Part shown: positions 62,794-64,000 of the stretch, piece after piece | Position numbering within the stretch: position 1 is the stretch's first letter | Layout: each line of letters starts with the position of its first letter | Source of the DNA: an uncultured Candidatus Saccharibacteria bacterium | Lineage (GTDB): Bacteria > Patescibacteriota > Minisyncoccia > Minisyncoccales > JANBVM01 | Direction: 5' to 3' | Length of the DNA stretch: 64,000 nucleotides | NCBI GenBank assembly: GCA_964493485.1 | Contig: CAZBMQ010000002.1 | Location: forward strand, 45,335-109,334 | Notes under the pieces: model-generated | Told to the model about the DNA's origin: nothing | Seen by the model: only the letters and a program-made list of their open reading frames with translations | The model's database searches: none | Position numbers and translations under genes: made by a program

Positions 62794-63298
62794 TTATTTT
62801 TTGCTTAATTTCTTCTCTATTTTTCTTGGTTAAATTTAAAATTTTTGTATCTTCTCTTTTCTTAACTAAATTACAAAAGGAATTCGGACTTAGGGTTATT
62901 GTTCCCAAAACTTTCTTTTTACTTTTTAGAGCAGCTAACACTGCTTTTTTAAATTTAAAAGAAAACAATTCCATCTTTCCTATCTCATCAATAATAATCA
63001 CTTCTGTATCATTATCATACAAACAATCTAAAATAGAATCCACGCCAATTCTTTCAAGATTCTGAATGTCTACCTTATATCTGCCTACTCTATATTTACT
63101 TTTTTTTATATCTCTATGAGCCAATATAGCTTTTTCCCCTGAAAGAGTTATTATCTCAAAACCTTTTCTTTCATTCTTTTCACGAATTTCCCGAGTATAA
63201 AATCCTCCTGTTTTAAAGTTTAACTCTTTAACTGTCTCTATTATTAAACTAGTCTTTCCGCAACCAGGTTTCCCAGTAATAAATACATTCTTTATCAT
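62771..63298 (-). CDS. THEP1-type nucleoside-triphosphatase (NTPase_1)
   Basis: Walker A motif GKPGCGKTS, GFYTREIRE, and Walker B IIIDEIGKME. The 3' end overlaps the rtcA 3' end by 23 nt. Confidence 0.8.
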   Translation of the reverse strand: MIKNVFITGKPGCGKTSLIIETVKELNFKTGGFYTREIREKNERKGFEIITLSGEKAILAHRDIKKSKYRVGRYKVDIQNLERIGVDSILDCLYDNDTEVIIIDEIGKMELFSFKFKKAVLAALKSKKKVLGTITLSPNSFCNLVKKREDTKILNLTKKNREEIKQKIIKLLEAR

Positions 63299-63519
63299 TT
63301 TAATAATCTAAAAATTATATAAAAAATAATTGAAAGAAAAACGCTTATTACAAAACATGTTCCAAGAGGAGCAATCAAAGTAAAGTTTTCTTTTTTTATA
63401 TAAATATCTCCGGGAAGTTTTCCTATATATGGAACTTTTTCCACTGATAATAAAATAATTCCTGTTAAAACTAACAGAAAACCAAAGAAAATTAAAATTT
63501 TTGCAAGTTGAGCAATCAT
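63295..63519 (-). CDS. DUF2905-like small membrane protein
   Basis: 74 aa with two TM segments and the block GKLPGDIYIKKENFT. Confidence 0.7.
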   Translation of the reverse strand: MIAQLAKILIFFGFLLVLTGIILLSVEKVPYIGKLPGDIYIKKENFTLIAPLGTCFVISVFLSIIFYIIFRLLK

Positions 63520-64000
63520 TGATTTTGATAAAGTCTTTTTAATCCTAATTTTTTGGCTAAATCTATTACATCCTGGTATTCTTTCTCTGTTATCCTGCGC
63601 GAAAGTTCAGGATACTTAAAAGCTTTAAAACAAGGGTAATACTGATCCATAATATTTAAAAATGTGTTTTTTGAAATCTCTTTGGACAGAAATCCAAGAA
63701 CTTTCCGAGAACCTGCTAAATTATTAGGCAGAACTAAATGTCTTACTAATACACCTTTTATAGCAACACCTTCTTTATTTAAAACCAAATCCCCTACCTG
63801 TCTATGCATTTCTTTTACTGCCTTTTTCATAATATCAAAATAATCAGGAATTCCTGAATATCTCAAAGCTACTCTATTATCAGAATATTTTACATCCGGC
63901 ATATAAATATCGATTATTCCGTCCAGTAATCTCAAAACCTTATAAGAATCGTAAGAGCTTGTGTTGTAAATAAGGGGAATTTTTAATCCATATTCAATTG
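63516..64000 (-). CDS. Radical SAM protein (PflX/pyruvate formate-lyase-activase-like), C-terminal part; the 5' end lies beyond the window
   Basis: The track starts at an internal TTG (63935), but the frame stays open to nt 64000 (...IEYGLKIPLIYNTSSYDSYKVLRLLDGIIDIYMPDVKY). Confidence 0.7.
   Translation of the reverse strand, partial: IEYGLKIPLIYNTSSYDSYKVLRLLDGIIDIYMPDVKYSDNRVALRYSGIPDYFDIMKKAVKEMHRQVGDLVLNKEGVAIKGVLVRHLVLPNNLAGSRKVLGFLSKEISKNTFLNIMDQYYPCFKAFKYPELSRRITEKEYQDVIDLAKKLGLKRLYQNQ

Noticed and set aside
1-64000. Alternative genetic code (UGA or UAG reassignment) as seen in some candidate phyla.
   Set aside because: All housekeeping genes give full-length, motif-complete proteins under the standard bacterial code, with no in-frame stops needed.
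1-64000. Mobile elements, prophage, toxin-antitoxin or defence islands.
   Set aside because: I found no integrase, transposase, terminal inverted repeats around a cargo, restriction-modification, or cas-like proteins in any frame. The single gene after tRNA-Leu (16070..16663) has no flanking direct repeat of the tRNA 3' end that I could see.

Overview
The window is AT-rich (roughly 30% G+C by eye) and very gene-dense, and almost all of it is housekeeping. It looks like a small-genome anaerobic bacterium, most plausibly Patescibacteria/CPR-like; that placement is inference from gene content and protein style, with no marker gene to confirm it. I support about 62 CDS, plus one tRNA-Leu(CAA) and one tmRNA.

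CDS content by function:
- Translation: six aminoacyl-tRNA synthetases (His, Leu, Met, Gly, Ile, Arg), S21, L35, L20, IF3, Pth, SmpB.
- Division: ftsA-ftsZ.
- DNA transactions: comEC, dprA, topA, recO, a short mfd, PolX, nrdDG.
- Cell-wall and amino-sugar genes: glmS, murA, and a NagK-like/GlmU-like/YvcK-like operon.
- Anaerobic metabolism: a two-subunit 2-oxoacid:ferredoxin oxidoreductase.
- Mevalonate pathway: class II HMG-CoA reductase and mevalonate kinase.
- Envelope cluster at 51.2-57.0 kb: a 6-TM MFS-like protein, two tandem 7-TM paralogs, a UPF0104 protein, and a secreted S8 protease with a Cys-rich tail.

I found no transposase, integrase, CRISPR array, rRNA or obvious prophage.

Most interesting observations:
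1. A complete histidine-phosphatase (PGAM-like) domain is inserted inside the isoleucyl-tRNA synthetase.
2. A roughly 200-nt transcribed leader lies upstream of greA. It has a consensus promoter, a leaderless 48-codon sORF, three mutually exclusive helices and an intrinsic terminator.
3. A 46-bp perfect palindrome sits next to a 10-bp helically phased tandem array in a convergent intergenic gap.
4. Promoters across the window sit 5-10 nt from start codons with no Shine-Dalgarno sequence, which implies leaderless mRNAs.
5. FtsZ ends exactly at the globular core and has no C-terminal tail.
6. Both the tRNA and the tmRNA have non-canonical T-loops with G at position 55.

All family assignments come from motifs I read in the translations. 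I ran no database search.
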